A DNA stretch of 64,000 bases from Sphagnum compactum (taxonomy: Eukaryota): contig OZ234494.1 of the NCBI GenBank assembly GCA_965153455.1, positions 9,362,001-9,426,000 on the forward strand, written 5' to 3'. The notes beneath the pieces are model-generated. The model ran no database searches. It saw only the letters and a program-made list of their open reading frames with translations, and had not been told where the DNA came from. Positions within the stretch are counted from its first letter, which is position 1; each line of letters opens with the position of its first letter. Positions 36,881-49,413 of this stretch are shown here, in pieces. Position numbers and translations under genes: made by a program.

Positions 36881-39800
36881 CTTACTTGCATGATCAAATC
36901 ACTCCTTCATACATGGACTAGTTCTTATAGTGTGGGAGTAATTGATCAACATAAAATGTATATGTAATGTTGGAATTATCAATTTAGGGACTTGATTTGA
37001 TGTTATTAACTTCAATATGTATATGATGCATGTTTGTTTTATCCATCATTTATAAAGTTGAATAGTTATGGATTTTCAAAGTCAAAAATTAAGTGCTACC
37101 ATTTGCTTGCAAATTTCTATATGGACTTCAAAATGATCCAATCATTGATACATATGGTTGCTAGGGATTCACATTTAGTTCGATAATACATCATTGAAAG
37201 CAAGTTTCAAAGATTTCACACCATGTCAATGGTATATTATTCTTCATGGACTTTTTGGTGGTTTTTTTGGGGTCTTTTTTTTGGGATGGTTGTCAAAGTC
37301 CATATCATGTTGGAAAAAAATATATATGTTAGATTTTTGCACACATTTACAAAATGATGATATTTAGTTGGGTGTGAACATGGATGGAAAAAAAATGATT
37401 TGAAATCAAATGGATTGTTATTACTCAACTACCTAATAGTCTCACGGATTGAAAAAAATACGAAGGGAAATGAACTATATCGGAGAAAAATGTTTTTTGC
37501 ATTTTTGGTACATTTTAGCTTGCATTGACCCCATTATAATCATCAAAGCCACATACAAAAGCAACAAGGTTATGGCAGATGTTACAAACCGAATCAATTA
37601 AAGATGCAAACATAACAAAAGGAGCCAAATTTGTTAAGGTAAAACTCATTTTCCAAAGATTGCATGTCACATGTGCCATTCATGTGGTGGTTTGCAATCC
37701 TAAATTGTGTATTTTTCATACCTAGTTTACCACTTTGATAGATATAAATATTTTTTGATTACATCTTGCTCCTATATCATGTATAATATGAATTCATGTT
37801 CTTTACTGCATATAAATGAATAACTTTTGTTAAAACCACATATTCAAAATTCATATATTTTTAGGGCCAAAAACATGTTTGAACCAAATGTGCTCAAATG
37901 TGTTTTCAAAATGAATTTGACCAATTTCAATTCCTTTTCTTTTTAATCACCAACGTTAATATCCTTTTCAAATTTGAAAAAGAATGGTGCACATTTGAGA
38001 AGGAAAAATGAGATGTGAGAAAGAAAAAATACTATCCATTTTAAAGGTTTGAATGTTTAAAATGTGCAAAAGGACTCTTGATTTGCATAACAATTCAAAT
38101 TATTATGTTTGCCTTGTGATTTTTCAAATATAAAAAAATATAATTTTAAGTAGTGTCCATCACCTTAGGTGGCTCCTTTGATTATGTTTTCACCCTTAAA
38201 TTCAACTAGACATCGACAAGAACATAACCAAATTTTAAGGGAAATCATTCCCAATTTCTTTTCAAATAGTGTCCAAAATGTTAAAGGGTGCAATTCATTT
38301 AAAAAATCAATTTTGTAAATACTTTACTTATATGTAAATAGGGTGCTTATAATTGATTATGAAAATATAATATAAAATAATTGAAATATTTACAATTTTC
38401 ATAGAACATTCCTTTAATGGTTTATTATTCATGTTATACCAATAAAAATGGTTGATCATTATATGAAGATTTAATGGTTTAACATCTAATTGTTAACATG
38501 CTGGTTATTTTGTATAACATGATGGTTTAACATTAATGGTTTAACATTTAATTGAATGTTATACCAAAAGCCATTACAAACCATAAATAAACAAACATTT
38601 GTGAACAACATGAAAACAACAATGAATAATCATTGAATAAGAAACCCAAAAAAAATTGTGAGTTGTGAAAGAACCATTGAAAAATCATTATGATAAACAA
38701 AATTGGAAAGATCTTTGAACCATGAGAGTAGAAACCAAAAATTATGGTGAGCTGAAAATCAAATTGTTTTATGAATCACATGAGAGCAATAATGAAAAAC
38801 CATTGAGCAAGAAACCAAGAAAAATCTATGAGCCACAATAGCAACACGAAATATTGCTATGATAAAATTTTTGGAAAGATTTATGAGCCACAAAAGATAT
38901 TTCACCCTATGAATTGCAAAAGCAACAACGTGAGCAAGAAATGCGAAATGAGAGGATTGATTAAATGAAGCAAAACATGGAGTGAAAGAACGAAAAACAC
39001 GAGAGAATTGACAACATGAATGAAGGAATGTAGTAAACAAGAGGTGCCATTTGTAATATTACAATCTAATTGTTGACCGCTCATCACAAATAGTGGCGCC
39101 TTGTAGTTAATGGACAACAACTAGCCTACCTACTAACAAAACGCTACCTATATCTGAACGACAACATTGTAAACATATGTCTAGGGAGAATTATTCAATC
39201 ATATAAGTACCTACCGTAGTGTTAAAAAATAACCCTCAAAATATCATTATTATTGTCAAGTAACTAACCATAGGTTGGAATTGGCCATATGTACAATAGG
39301 TATGTATGCAAGGAATGTAATTGGTTACTATGTAAGTAAGTAAGACATGGCTTGGTGGTTACTAGGTAGGGTGATGTGTGTGTGAATGCTAATAAATGAG
39401 TAGACACTATGGTTAGCTATGTAATTGGAATACACTGAAATGTAGTTGACATATGCAAGTAACAAATCCAAAATAAATGAGAACTCCATGTTTTGGGCAC
39501 ATCAAGCACTTTCACAAATTTTAACATTATTGCCATCCAAAAGAATTCGATATGTTTTCAAAAAATTTCAAATTGTTACACAACATTGGCCATTTGTTTT
39601 TCTGAAACCTTTCATTTAGCATGTTTTTGTTTATTTATTTATTTATCTATCTTTCATTTGACCAAGTTAGTTAGGTCAATGATTTTTTGTTTGAAGCTAA
39701 TGAAGATGTAAAATTATCAAAAGCCTTTTTACAATCAACATTCCAAGCTTTGAATGTTTTCCTCTGCCTTGCACGGAGGGTTATTGTTGTTTATTGTTTT

Positions 39801-41128
39801 GGAGTTTAAAAATTGTGATATATATATTTTTTGCAATTAAAAAAAATCTATGAAAACACATTTTCCTAAAAATATTCCCAATTTCGTGGTTTAAAAAATG
39901 AAAAAAAATGATAGAAAAAAATCACCATTTTGTGCTTCCACATTTTGCTTCTTTAGTCTTTAGTGGAATTTGAAGTCGGAGAGGGATCACTTTACACATT
40001 TATCATTAAAAAGTAATAAATAATCAAGAGTAAATAGTGACATTTATCCCATTTATAATTAGGTAATAAAGCAAAACCCTCCAAACACAAGGGATACATA
40101 ATTAAGTAAAAAAATTAGAAATAAAGGGTATAAATACATAATACCTTTTGAACCAATGCATTTTCTTAAGTCAGTCATCTGATGTAGTATTTTTTGTTAG
40201 GGATCATCCTAAACAAAATTCAGCATTCAATTTATGACAGTTTGTAACAAAGTGTCAAAACTGTAGGAAACTGACCAAAAAAACTGCCCTAAAAATAAAA
40301 AAGTATGTCAAAATACAGTGAAAGTTCATGGCCTCAGAAAACAAATCTCTGAAGATCGGTGGTGGTGTTCCTTTTTTTTCCCTGCCCAGAAAGCAGAGAA
40401 TTTACCACATAATAATTTTCCATAGTTTGAGGTTGAAATTTTGCAAATTTTGGCCCCTAAAATTACAGTGCTTCAACACAAATGGAATGCCTGCTCCTAT
40501 GGGCCAGAGTGAACCAGCACCCAGAAATGTATCCATCCATCCATGGATGGATGGTGCATGGACAGAACAATTTTTTTTCATTGGGTTATTGTTCCCAACC
40601 TAACCTCCCCATAGCCAAGGGTTCATCCAACTGGATGGCCTCAAAACAGGAAAATTGGGGGGGTGGTGTGTTAGTGGGTGCTCGGTCACTTTAGGCCACT
40701 CCTATGAACATTCGGCTTTTTTAAGATGTCCTCAAGTTTTTTCTTTCTTTCAGGTGATGATATCCTTTTGAGACGGTTTGTAGATTCGAGATTTTGGGTA
40801 TCATCATCATCATCATGAGGAGGAGGAGGATGATGATGATCAACTTGGTCTCCTCAACGTCTTTGCAATAGTGACTATGAATTTGCCTTGATGGATGTAT
40901 TCTACAGAACATGCATTCTCTGGCTGTGCATTCCACTGGCACAAAAATCATTCCATGATGTGCTAGTTGAGTAATTGCTTTCAATTTGCAGCACCAAAAT
41001 CTTACAAGAAATTTTTTTGGCATTAATTCAATTCTCTGTAGGGAAAGAAAGAGTGGAAACCTTGGACAAACTGAAGTTGAAACAAACAAAGCATAAGGAA
41101 AGCTCCCCAAGTGAATAGTGAGGACCAA

Positions 41129-41550
41129 TAGAGTTTTTCATAAAGTCACCCCTGTTTCACCCTATCTTTGTGGGAAGACTGGGCCTCCTTTCACCCCGTA
41201 TCCCCTCTTTGAGTAAGGTCCGCAAAGTAAGGAAATTTTATTAAATCTGAGTATGAAATGCAGAAACTCAGCATTCAATGCACAAGGTTCGGGAGTAATT
41301 ATAGTAGTGGTATATGTAGGAGCAGTGAAAATATATGTAGCAGCAGTGGAGGCGCTCACGAAAAAGGAGAGAGGTAGTCAAAACAGGATGAAACTCGGTT
41401 TACAACAAAAAATGGTGCTTTTCTGAGATTCAGCTGACTTGAATGCTAATGTACCTTTTTTTTTGCAGGTTTGTTTTTTGAATCTCACACGGTTTTGGAC
41501 CAAACTCACTGTTCTGATGCTGTGTTTTCCTGACTTTACCGAAAACTCTA
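41129..41550 (+). mobile_element. TA-flanked MITE-like element (family A), full length
   Basis: TIR-like ends TAGAGTTTTTCATAAAGTCA and TGACTTTACCGAAAACTCTA. The interior is homologous to 1241-1774 but has a single internal unit. Confidence 0.75.
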
Positions 41551-42199
41551 ATATTTCAATGTTTTATTCTAATTTTCCCACTGTAAAACCCTCTGATCAT
41601 TGTATTTTCCCATTGTCAAACACACGATTCCCTATTTGTGAAGGGGAAATTCAAAGTTTTTGTTGATGGTTCCAGAGGGAATCCTAGAAGAGTTTCTGAA
41701 TTAAGTACAGATGATCAGTGAATGCATGCACAAATGAAGCAGCTTGGATGACATGGTTGAAAGTTGAAACAATCAAGAAGAAGTGTGTGCACACGAGATC
41801 TCTGATGCAATGGGAGATGAGAAACTGTAGTGTGCTCACATGGTTGTTTCTTTGGCCACCCACCTTCCCTGCCAGTGCTGACAATGATGCCTGTACTATA
41901 ACACCAAGTAACTATAATATGTTAGGTTCAAAACTCAGCAGCAGCAGGAGGAGCTTGCAGTACTCTTCCAACATTGTGAAAAGACAGAACTGCAACCTCA
42001 CCATCAACTGGTGAGTCCATATCCTATTCACAATTTTCGAAACAAACTAAGTATTTAAGCAAAAGTTGCTAATTGATAATATATTAATTCAGCAAGTCTC
42101 TGTGTCTGTGATGGAGGTTTTGGGGGGTGGGGGAGGTAGATGCTTGGTGAAGGAGCGGGTGACAGGTGACGGGGTGGGGGGGGGGGCGACTTTGATGGT

Positions 42200-42456
42200 T
42201 TTCTGAGTTTCACCCTGTCTTTCTTTTTTCCTGAGCCGCTCCACTGCTACTACATAGATTTTCACTGCTCCTACCTGTCTAGCTGCTATAAACCTCTCGA
42301 ACCTTGTGCATTAAATGCTGAGATTCAGCATTTCGTACTGAGTTTCAGCATTTCATATTGAGATTTAATAAAATTTCCTTACTTTACGGATACCATTAAA
42401 AGAGGGGTTAGGAGGCGAAAGGAGGCCCAAAGATGGTGAATTTGTGGATATCTCTA
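42200..42456 (-). mobile_element. Partial inverted copy of MITE family A
   Basis: The reverse complement aligns by eye with 41130-41400 (GGGCCTCCTTTC..AAGTAAGGAAATTTTATTAAATCT..GCATTTAATGCACAAGGTTCG..GTAGGAGCAGTGAAAAT). Confidence 0.75.
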
Positions 42457-42672
42457 ATACCCACCCGGGCGAGGGGGGGGGGGGCCAGCACAGGGCGGGA
42501 AGTTAATTATATATAACAGGGGAACGGGGGGGGGAATCAACGGGTTAAAAAATCGGAGTGGAAAATGCAAAGGACGAGGGAAAGTCAACGAGGTAAAGAA
42601 CCGAAATGAGCAATGGGAAGGACCGGGCGGGGGGGAGCTCGACGAGTGCATTATGCACCGGGTTCACACTAG
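42451..42672 (+). mobile_element. Putative non-autonomous mini-Helitron
   Basis: A|TC start at 42450/42451, hairpin GTGCA-TTA-TGCAC at 42646-42658, and CTAG|T end at 42669-42673. The 5' boundary is uncertain. Confidence 0.6.
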
Positions 42673-42909
42673 TTGATAAGGTCAAAAGAAATAGACTTAT
42701 TCTAGTAGCCAAGTTTACATGCATTTGAAACCTCTCCTCTATCGAATTGCTTCGCTTGGAGTTCTGCAACCTCAAGAGATCATGCAGCAGACATGCAAAA
42801 AATTGTTGAAGTAATTTGGAGACCCTGGAGAACTGGGGAGTATGAGGAGTACAAACCACATGAGTGTGCATCAGTACTTAGCAGTTCGGTAGAGAGCCAT
42901 GCATATTAA

Positions 42910-43286
42910 GAGGCATTTCCGTTGGTGCTCAATATGTGATGCTGCAAAAGTATTTTTCACATCCAAGTTTGGTTATCCACTTTTTTGCAACCCTAACATA
43001 AAACTGAAATTGAGACAACAAATAGTGGGGGGACTACAAATAGCAAACCACTTGAACCAATCATTATGATGTGCCAATCAGAAATACAGACCAGCAGTCA
43101 GATCATATTTATTACACTCTTTTCTGCAGGTGCACAGTATTACTGCGCCTTTTACCAGCAAACGTGGCTAACTGTGCAATTATGCTGAACCGAAACAAAT
43201 TTTTTGAGCCAAACTGGCACATTTTGACTTTTCTTCATCAAATTTCGCTGTGCAGGGTCACATACTGGGCACCAGTGGAGATGCTC
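42910..43286 (+). mobile_element. Tourist-like (PIF/Harbinger) MITE, family B, diverged copy
   Basis: TAA at 42907-42909 and 43287-43289. Ends GAGGCATTTCCGTTGGTGCTCAATATGTGA and TCACATACTGGGCACCAGTGGAGATGCTC. Confidence 0.8.
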
Positions 43287-43289
43287 TAA

Positions 43290-43669
43290 GCGCATCTCCA
43301 CTGGTGGTGCTCAATATGTTACTCTGGATAATAAAATTAAATGTCTATGTATAGGTGTTTTTAGTTTGGCAACCCCACCAATAAAACTGTAATTGGAACT
43401 GCATATACGTGGGAACTACCACTAATAGCAAACCACCTGGACCGATAATTATGATGGACCAATCAGAAATACTGAGCCGCAGTCAGGTCCAATTTATTAC
43501 ACTCTTTTTTGGAGGTGCACAACTGTGTTGTGACTTTTACCAGCCATGGCAAGCTGCACAAATTTGGTGCAGAAAAACCAATTTCCTGAGCTAAACTGGC
43601 ACATTTTGACTTTTTCATCAATAAATTTTCCTGTCTGGAGTCACATAGTGAGCACCGGTGGAGATGCTC
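43290..43669 (+). mobile_element. Tourist-like (PIF/Harbinger) MITE, family B
   Basis: TAA target duplications at 43287-43289 and 43670-43672. TIRs GCGCATCTCCACTGG..TGCTCAATATGT and ACATAGTGAGCACCGGTGGAGATGCTC. Highly similar to 51778-52155. Confidence 0.9.
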
Positions 43670-45254
43670 TAAGAGAGGCATTTATAGATTAATCCTATTA
43701 AGCAGGGCTGGTTGGCTCTGAAGAGGAACCCAATGGAAAAAGAACTCTCAATCCAGTCATCATCTATCCAAACTGGTGAGTTCCTAGGTGCTGGTTCATT
43801 GGGGTTGTTTAATTGGGATTAGTTCTAATTTTAGAGGATAATGGGTCATTTAGTTGCAGCTCAGAGTTGAGGATTTAGGGGTCAAAAACAAAACAAAACA
43901 AAAGTTGAAATAATAATAGGTATGCATTTATCAACCAACTAGGTACAGGGTTTTCTTCTGCATCTTCAACTAAAGGACGTGGAAACTCATTTCTATTGCA
44001 GAAAACAGCCCAGAAGGCATCTTACATCCATGCATATTCTTCTTAGAAAACAGGATGAGAATCCTGTGGTCAGAGCAAAAAGTTCTAAAATAATCCAAGA
44101 TTATTTTCATTCTATTTTTAAAAAAAGTATGATCATTTTCATATTTACTTGTGATCATTTTCAAATGTGAAAGCTTATATTAATTTAAAAATATATATAT
44201 ATATTTAAATTTTACGATCATTTAGCTTCACTTTGAAACAGAAGTTTTTAAAGAGTATATGAGAAAAAGATAAAAAATAATGATAAAAGAGGCGAAAATT
44301 TTGAAAGGGTATTTTGAAAAATAGTTGTAAAAAAGTAAAGATAATGTTAAAAGCTAATGTGCTTTTTCATATCCATGCAGCTGACTACAGGAAAAGAATA
44401 AAGTATGTATTAAGAAAAGAGTGAATGTTGTGCATACCTCACTAACCAACCTAGTTAGGGCGCACAACATTCAGGAATGGCTTGAAGAAGCAATAGGCAT
44501 GTTCCACTTTTGTTTTCTGGGATGTTCCACTTTTGTAATGTCCCTCAAAATTTGAAAAGTTTTTTTAAGGTAAGCTAAGGAATAGCTTTTTGGCTCTTGT
44601 TTGGATTCTTCAGCCCTCAACTCCTGGAAAAGGCTCACAGCTGTTCTTTTACCCTACACTTAAGAATGGGAGGGAGATTATGAACTAGATAGCCTTTATG
44701 GAGAGAGAAGGGCTACCAATGGTTGAGGTCCAAAAATGCTATCCAGTGTAGCTGATAACCTTCATGTGTGTGCATGAAGACTTTCATAATCTTCTTCTAA
44801 ATGAAATGAATGAAGACTTTCATAGCCTTCTTCTTGTAGATGGACAAAAAAAGATTTTCTTTGGAGGTTTTTTCGCCTACTTATAGCTGTAAGAAACTTT
44901 TCGCTCTTAAGGAGTAGGTATAAGAACTCTCTTCCTCTTACAACTCATGAATGTTTTCAGTTGATCTGCAAACTTTGGCTTGGTGCTTTTTACTATACGG
45001 ATAAGATTCTAGGGTGAGGGACATTTCCAAATTCTGGGGCTGGACTTGGCTACCGCCTCATCCCAGGCCCCTTCTTTTGAGATTGCCCTACACTTAGCAT
45101 TCACCTTTCTAGGCTTTGCATTTCTTTTCTGTTTTTTCTTTTTTCCCAACACCCTCTCATCACACATCTTTTTATGTTAAGAGGTCGAGGTAGTGGGGGC
45201 TATCTGCTCACGGTTTATTCATTCTCAAAGGTACAAATTAACCAGAGAGGCAGT

Positions 45255-45395
45255 TGCTTTACGCTCACTAAGGCCCTTGGATGAGGGCGCAACCAGAAGT
45301 GGGTGGCACCACCTCAGCTGCCACCTCAGGTGGCGTGGTACCCTTATATTCGGATAAGGCCCTTGACCTTGGGCCTTGCCTACCACAAATCAAAT
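45255..45395. repeat. Dispersed repeat (possibly retro/SINE-like), with a second diverged copy at about 58390-58495
   Basis: Shared AAGGCCCTTGGA..ACCAGAA..CCTCA(G/A)CTGCCACCT..GGGCCTT(G/A)CCTACCACAAA. Confidence 0.6.
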
Positions 45396-46075
45396 TAATC
45401 CAGGAGCAGGTGAGAGCAAGAATATGGTAATTTGTGATGATGTACACCAGAGAGGTTACAGAGCAATTTTAGCAGAACTGTGTTCTACTGAGGAGAAAGA
45501 CAATTTTCTACCCCAATGGCAATGACAGTGCAAAATATAAGTGCAAAGAAAGGGGCTCCTTTTGAGACACATCTCAAAGTATCATCCACCTCTCTGCAGG
45601 TTGTGATGTCTACTTTCTACAAAGATTAATTGTGAACTAAGCAAGAGAGCTGTCAGCTCATACTTGCTTGACAACTATGGAAGAATTACATTTACTCCAA
45701 CAAACAATCTATACAGTTCTTTGACATTTAAGATGCAGAGATGGACTGCAGTTATATCCAATTAATGACCTGTATATAGTGTACATACTGTACATTGTTG
45801 TTGAGGAATTTGCTGACTCTGTATCACTGTTCATGCTTTGCTGCAGCTGAGCAATGGAAAGTTTCAGCTCAAATGGCAACCAAACCACTGGTAAAAAAAC
45901 CATTGCACAGGCTCACAGCATCCTGCCAAATCTCTTGCCCCCTCCCAGTGCTCCATAGATTGACCCTGCTCCTGACAACCAAAACGATTGTCAGATAATT
46001 ACAAAAGCCATTTATGAACCTGGTCTATGCAGCCTACAGACCCTGAAGAGTATGTGATAAGCAAAGCTTCAATGC

Positions 46076-48932
46076 CTAGCTTTTGTCTATGGGAACATTG
46101 TAGCTGTTCCAGAATGTCATGATGCCAGGACCTCGAAACATAAGCAAGAAATCTTTCACAGCATTCTGCAGATGCAAGCAGATGGAACTGTATTAACACA
46201 TTCTATTACAAAATGAACCAAACTCCTTGCAGCTTCTTATGAAGCAATCTCCATGCTATCCATTCTACTGCAGTGATCTACGTGCAGCATTCTCCTGAAC
46301 CAGTCTCCATGCAGTGCATTCTACAGAAGCAATCTCCATGCGACTTTCTGCTAAGTGGTTGTGGCAGTTATGATGGTGGTCCAACTGTATGTTTCATTGT
46401 AGAAATGCCTTGCAAGGAGTTAGGAGTAAACAGAGTGCACAAAAATACTGACCTCAGTAGACTTCTGCAAGGAGATGAACTGCAGGAGGTAGATTGGAGG
46501 TCCACCTGGGCCACCCATGCTGAATCCTTTCCCAAAGAAGCTCGCAATTGCAGTGCACCCATTGGGTTCTTCTTCAGCAAGGCTACTCCTTGGCAGGTCA
46601 CGGCTCGGTGAACTTCTTGCTTTGACCAGATTGTCCTCTTTCTCTGTAGGTATCACAGTGGACTCTGCAGCATCATTTGCACTCGAAGAACTCAAGATTG
46701 AATGCACCTCCTCCTCCTCCTTTGCTGCCGGTAGAGCATCAGGCTGTGTATTGCCTACTACCATCACCACCACAGAGACCTCAGGTTTTGCACCAGGATC
46801 TGTTGGAAGGGTTTCTTCTGTCATGGCTGCTGACTCCTGTTGTTCACCATCATCCTCCACAGCAGCAGCATCATTCCAGTTTTGTTCTGCAGCCTGGCCC
46901 TCCTCCTCTTCAGCACCTGATTTCTCTCTATTCCTCATCTCTGCACCATCATCATCATCATGCAATGGAGGAGCATGATTCTGTGAATCAGGCATGTTGT
47001 CCTCTTCTTCAAATGGTTTGCACCCAGTTTCTTCAATGGCAACTGGTTGAAGATCTTCAACTTCACCACACTTCAAAGGCTCTGACAACATCATCTCCTC
47101 TTTGGTGACAACAGTATCCAGAACTGCAGACTTCATAAGAGGAGGCTCGTCCACCAGAGACTCAGCAATGAGCTTTCCAATATTTTCCTCCTCTTTGGCA
47201 AAAATCTCCTCTTCTTGCTGCTTCCTTTGGTGAAGAAGCTCTTTATCAGAATCAGCAGTGTCGTCAAGGAGCTCGTCAGGCACATGTGTCGTTTCTTCTG
47301 GCTCAAGTGGTGGAGCCGTCTCCTCTGGTTTTTCAGCACTGTTGTTTCCTTGGGCCTCTTGCAGCAGCTGTGATGAAGTGAATTGCTCTGCCTCTGATCC
47401 ACTGATCTCCTCCGCAACACTGATCATCGCTACGGCCTGGTGGTTCTCGATGGAAAGCTTCTCTAGCACGGAAGCTGTCAAGGGGGGCAAACTGAGATGA
47501 TGATGATGATGAGCTTCATCGTCGTTGTCGTCATCATCATCATCATCATCATCTAGTTCCTCAGAGATGGAGCTTTCCGGACAACTGAATGTGCTATCGT
47601 CTTCGTCTTCTGGATCTGCAATGGAAGCAACAACAACCACAACACTGCCGTCCTGATCGTCGTCATTCTCTTCATCTTCCAGGGAAACAAGATCACCAAT
47701 ACCGCTACTGTAATTGTCATCGTCCAGTTCTGGTCGTGAAGAAACTTCCACAATACTGCTCACCTTGTCCTCGTCCTCGTCCTCGTCTCCTTGCTCTTCA
47801 GGATAAGGGACTTCCACAAGGCTTCCATGCTCTTCTTCTTCTTCTACATCTTGTTCTGCCTGTGAACCAGTAATTTCTACAATACTGCTGGAGCGATCAT
47901 CGTCTTCATCTTCATCTTGTTGTTGTTGTTGCGTGCTTGGATTATGAGCTTCTTCTTCTGAACGGATACTGATACTATCCTCCGAACTCTTTTGCGGCTG
48001 CGTCGAAGACTCCGGATTGGGTTTCTGCTGCTCTGCCGGAACATCTTCAGATCTACTACGTTCGTCGGCAACCTCGTAAGGCAACGTGAATGTTCGCTCT
48101 GGAGAAGAAGACCCGGCGATGATAGGCTCATCGGCCGCTCCTTGCTGATCTACCAGCAACAGCTTCTTCCAGTCATCGCTGAGAGACGAGGAAGGTCCTC
48201 CAAGAGCGTCTCTGGAAGAAATCGTTTCCCAGTCTGCAAATCTGTCGATGCCCTGAAGAAAATCTCCAAAGCTGCTGCTGCTGCTGTCGTCCTCCTGATC
48301 CCCCGTTGCTGCTGCTACTGCATCGTAGTCCTCCTCCTGAGGCTCTTGTGTTATGGAGGTAGGGGTCCCGACATCGAAATCCGAAACCCTCACCCACTCT
48401 TCCGTCTGAAAATTTGTCTGATCATCAGCAGCAGACTCTCTCATTCCTTCCTTCGCTTCGATTTCCAACGACAACAACTTCTTGTTGCTCGATCGAGGAG
48501 AACCACGGTTGTTGTTGTTGTTGTAAGTCGAAGTAGTACTGTCCTCCTCAGAACCTGCATCTCTTTCTGCAAAGAACACAAGCAACGCACACATAAAAAC
48601 CTTGTTCTTGTTCTTCTTTCTCTCCTCTTCTCCAAACAACAACAACAGCCATGACGGGGTTTGCTTCAAGAGCCAGAAATACCAAAATTCTCTCAAATTA
48701 TCAACAACAAAATTGCCGAAATGGTTGTGTTCTCGCAAACGGGGGGGGAAAAAAAGAACATTAGAAGAGGAAAATGAAAAGCTGCAAACAAAAGAAGAAA
48801 CTGGCAAACCACACAACATGAGACAGACAGGAAGCAGATTAGAGATCATGTGGTACCAGGAGACGAGCTTTGCTTTCTGCCATTGGCGGCAGCAGCAGCA
48901 GCAGCCTTGCGCTTCCTCAACCCCGAAGGCAT
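46076..48932 (-). CDS. Uncharacterised highly acidic, probably disordered protein (about 759 aa) with an N-terminal MPSGLRKRKAA motif
   Basis: Exons 48932-48857, 48566-46453 and 46165-46076 join in frame. The 2.1-kb central exon is fully open and D/E/S-rich. The C-terminus is GCTAIASFFGKG..PPIYLLQFISLQKSTE/NAVKDFLLMFRGPGIMTFWNSYNVPIDKS*. The last exon is less certain. Confidence 0.85.
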
Positions 48933-49142
48933 TTCACTCGCGTCTTCTTCGATCGAAATGCGAAGATGATCTCCGAAACGATTGTCGCAAATCAAAACTA
49001 CTGCAATCTCGAAATTTGCTCGAAATCCGATGCCCAAGAGCTTACTAAATTCCACCAGGCAAATACAGCCAGGCACAGACCTTCTTCCCTCCCTTCCTCC
49101 TCCCGTACAGCAGCAAATCTTTCCCCCGTGCCTCAGCTTCGT

Positions 49143-49230
49143 CCCGAACCTACATAATTCCGAACCTCAAATATTCCGAATCTGGTCTTCCCGAACCTAG
49201 GTAATTCCGAGCCTAGTCGTTCCGAACCTA
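49143..49230. repeat. Array of 6 CCGAACCT-core units at about 15-16 bp spacing upstream of the acidic-protein gene
   Basis: CCGAACCTAC, CCGAACCTCA, CCGAATCTGG, CCGAACCTAG, CCGAGCCTAG, CCGAACCTAC. Further copies lie near 49496, 49542 and 49574. Confidence 0.8.
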
Positions 49231-49267
49231 CTATCTAATTAATTTTTCCACCAAGGGGCTGGTAGCC

Positions 49268-49413
49268 TAGTGTTGGGTGGTAGTCTAGTACCCGGTTTGG
49301 CCAGTTAGAACCACCGCTCTGGTTCTGGTTACTGAAATATGAACCGGAACCAGGTCCTATTTTGGGAACCGGAACTGGAGGTTGTTCTAAGTTAAGAACC
49401 GCCCAGCCTTGGT
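49268..49413. mobile_element. Short degenerate hAT-like MITE
   Basis: Imperfect inverted ends TAGTGTTGGGTGGT and AGAACCGCCCAGCCTTG, with internal GGAACC repeats. Confidence 0.45.

Noticed and set aside
41129..42456. Apparent long inverted repeats flanking gene-like sequence (Pack-MULE-like)
   Set aside because: The left copy is a complete element with its own two ends (41129-41550), and no TSD flanks the pair. Two independent, opposite insertions explain it better.
43409..43594. Duplicated small ORF MGTT(T)NSKP.GPIIMMDQSEIL (also 51898-52080)
   Set aside because: Both copies lie inside MITEs and start at GTG. The similarity reflects the repeat, not a gene family.
46517..48654. Plus-strand ORFs of 143-220 aa
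   Set aside because: Antisense shadows of the acidic low-complexity coding exon.
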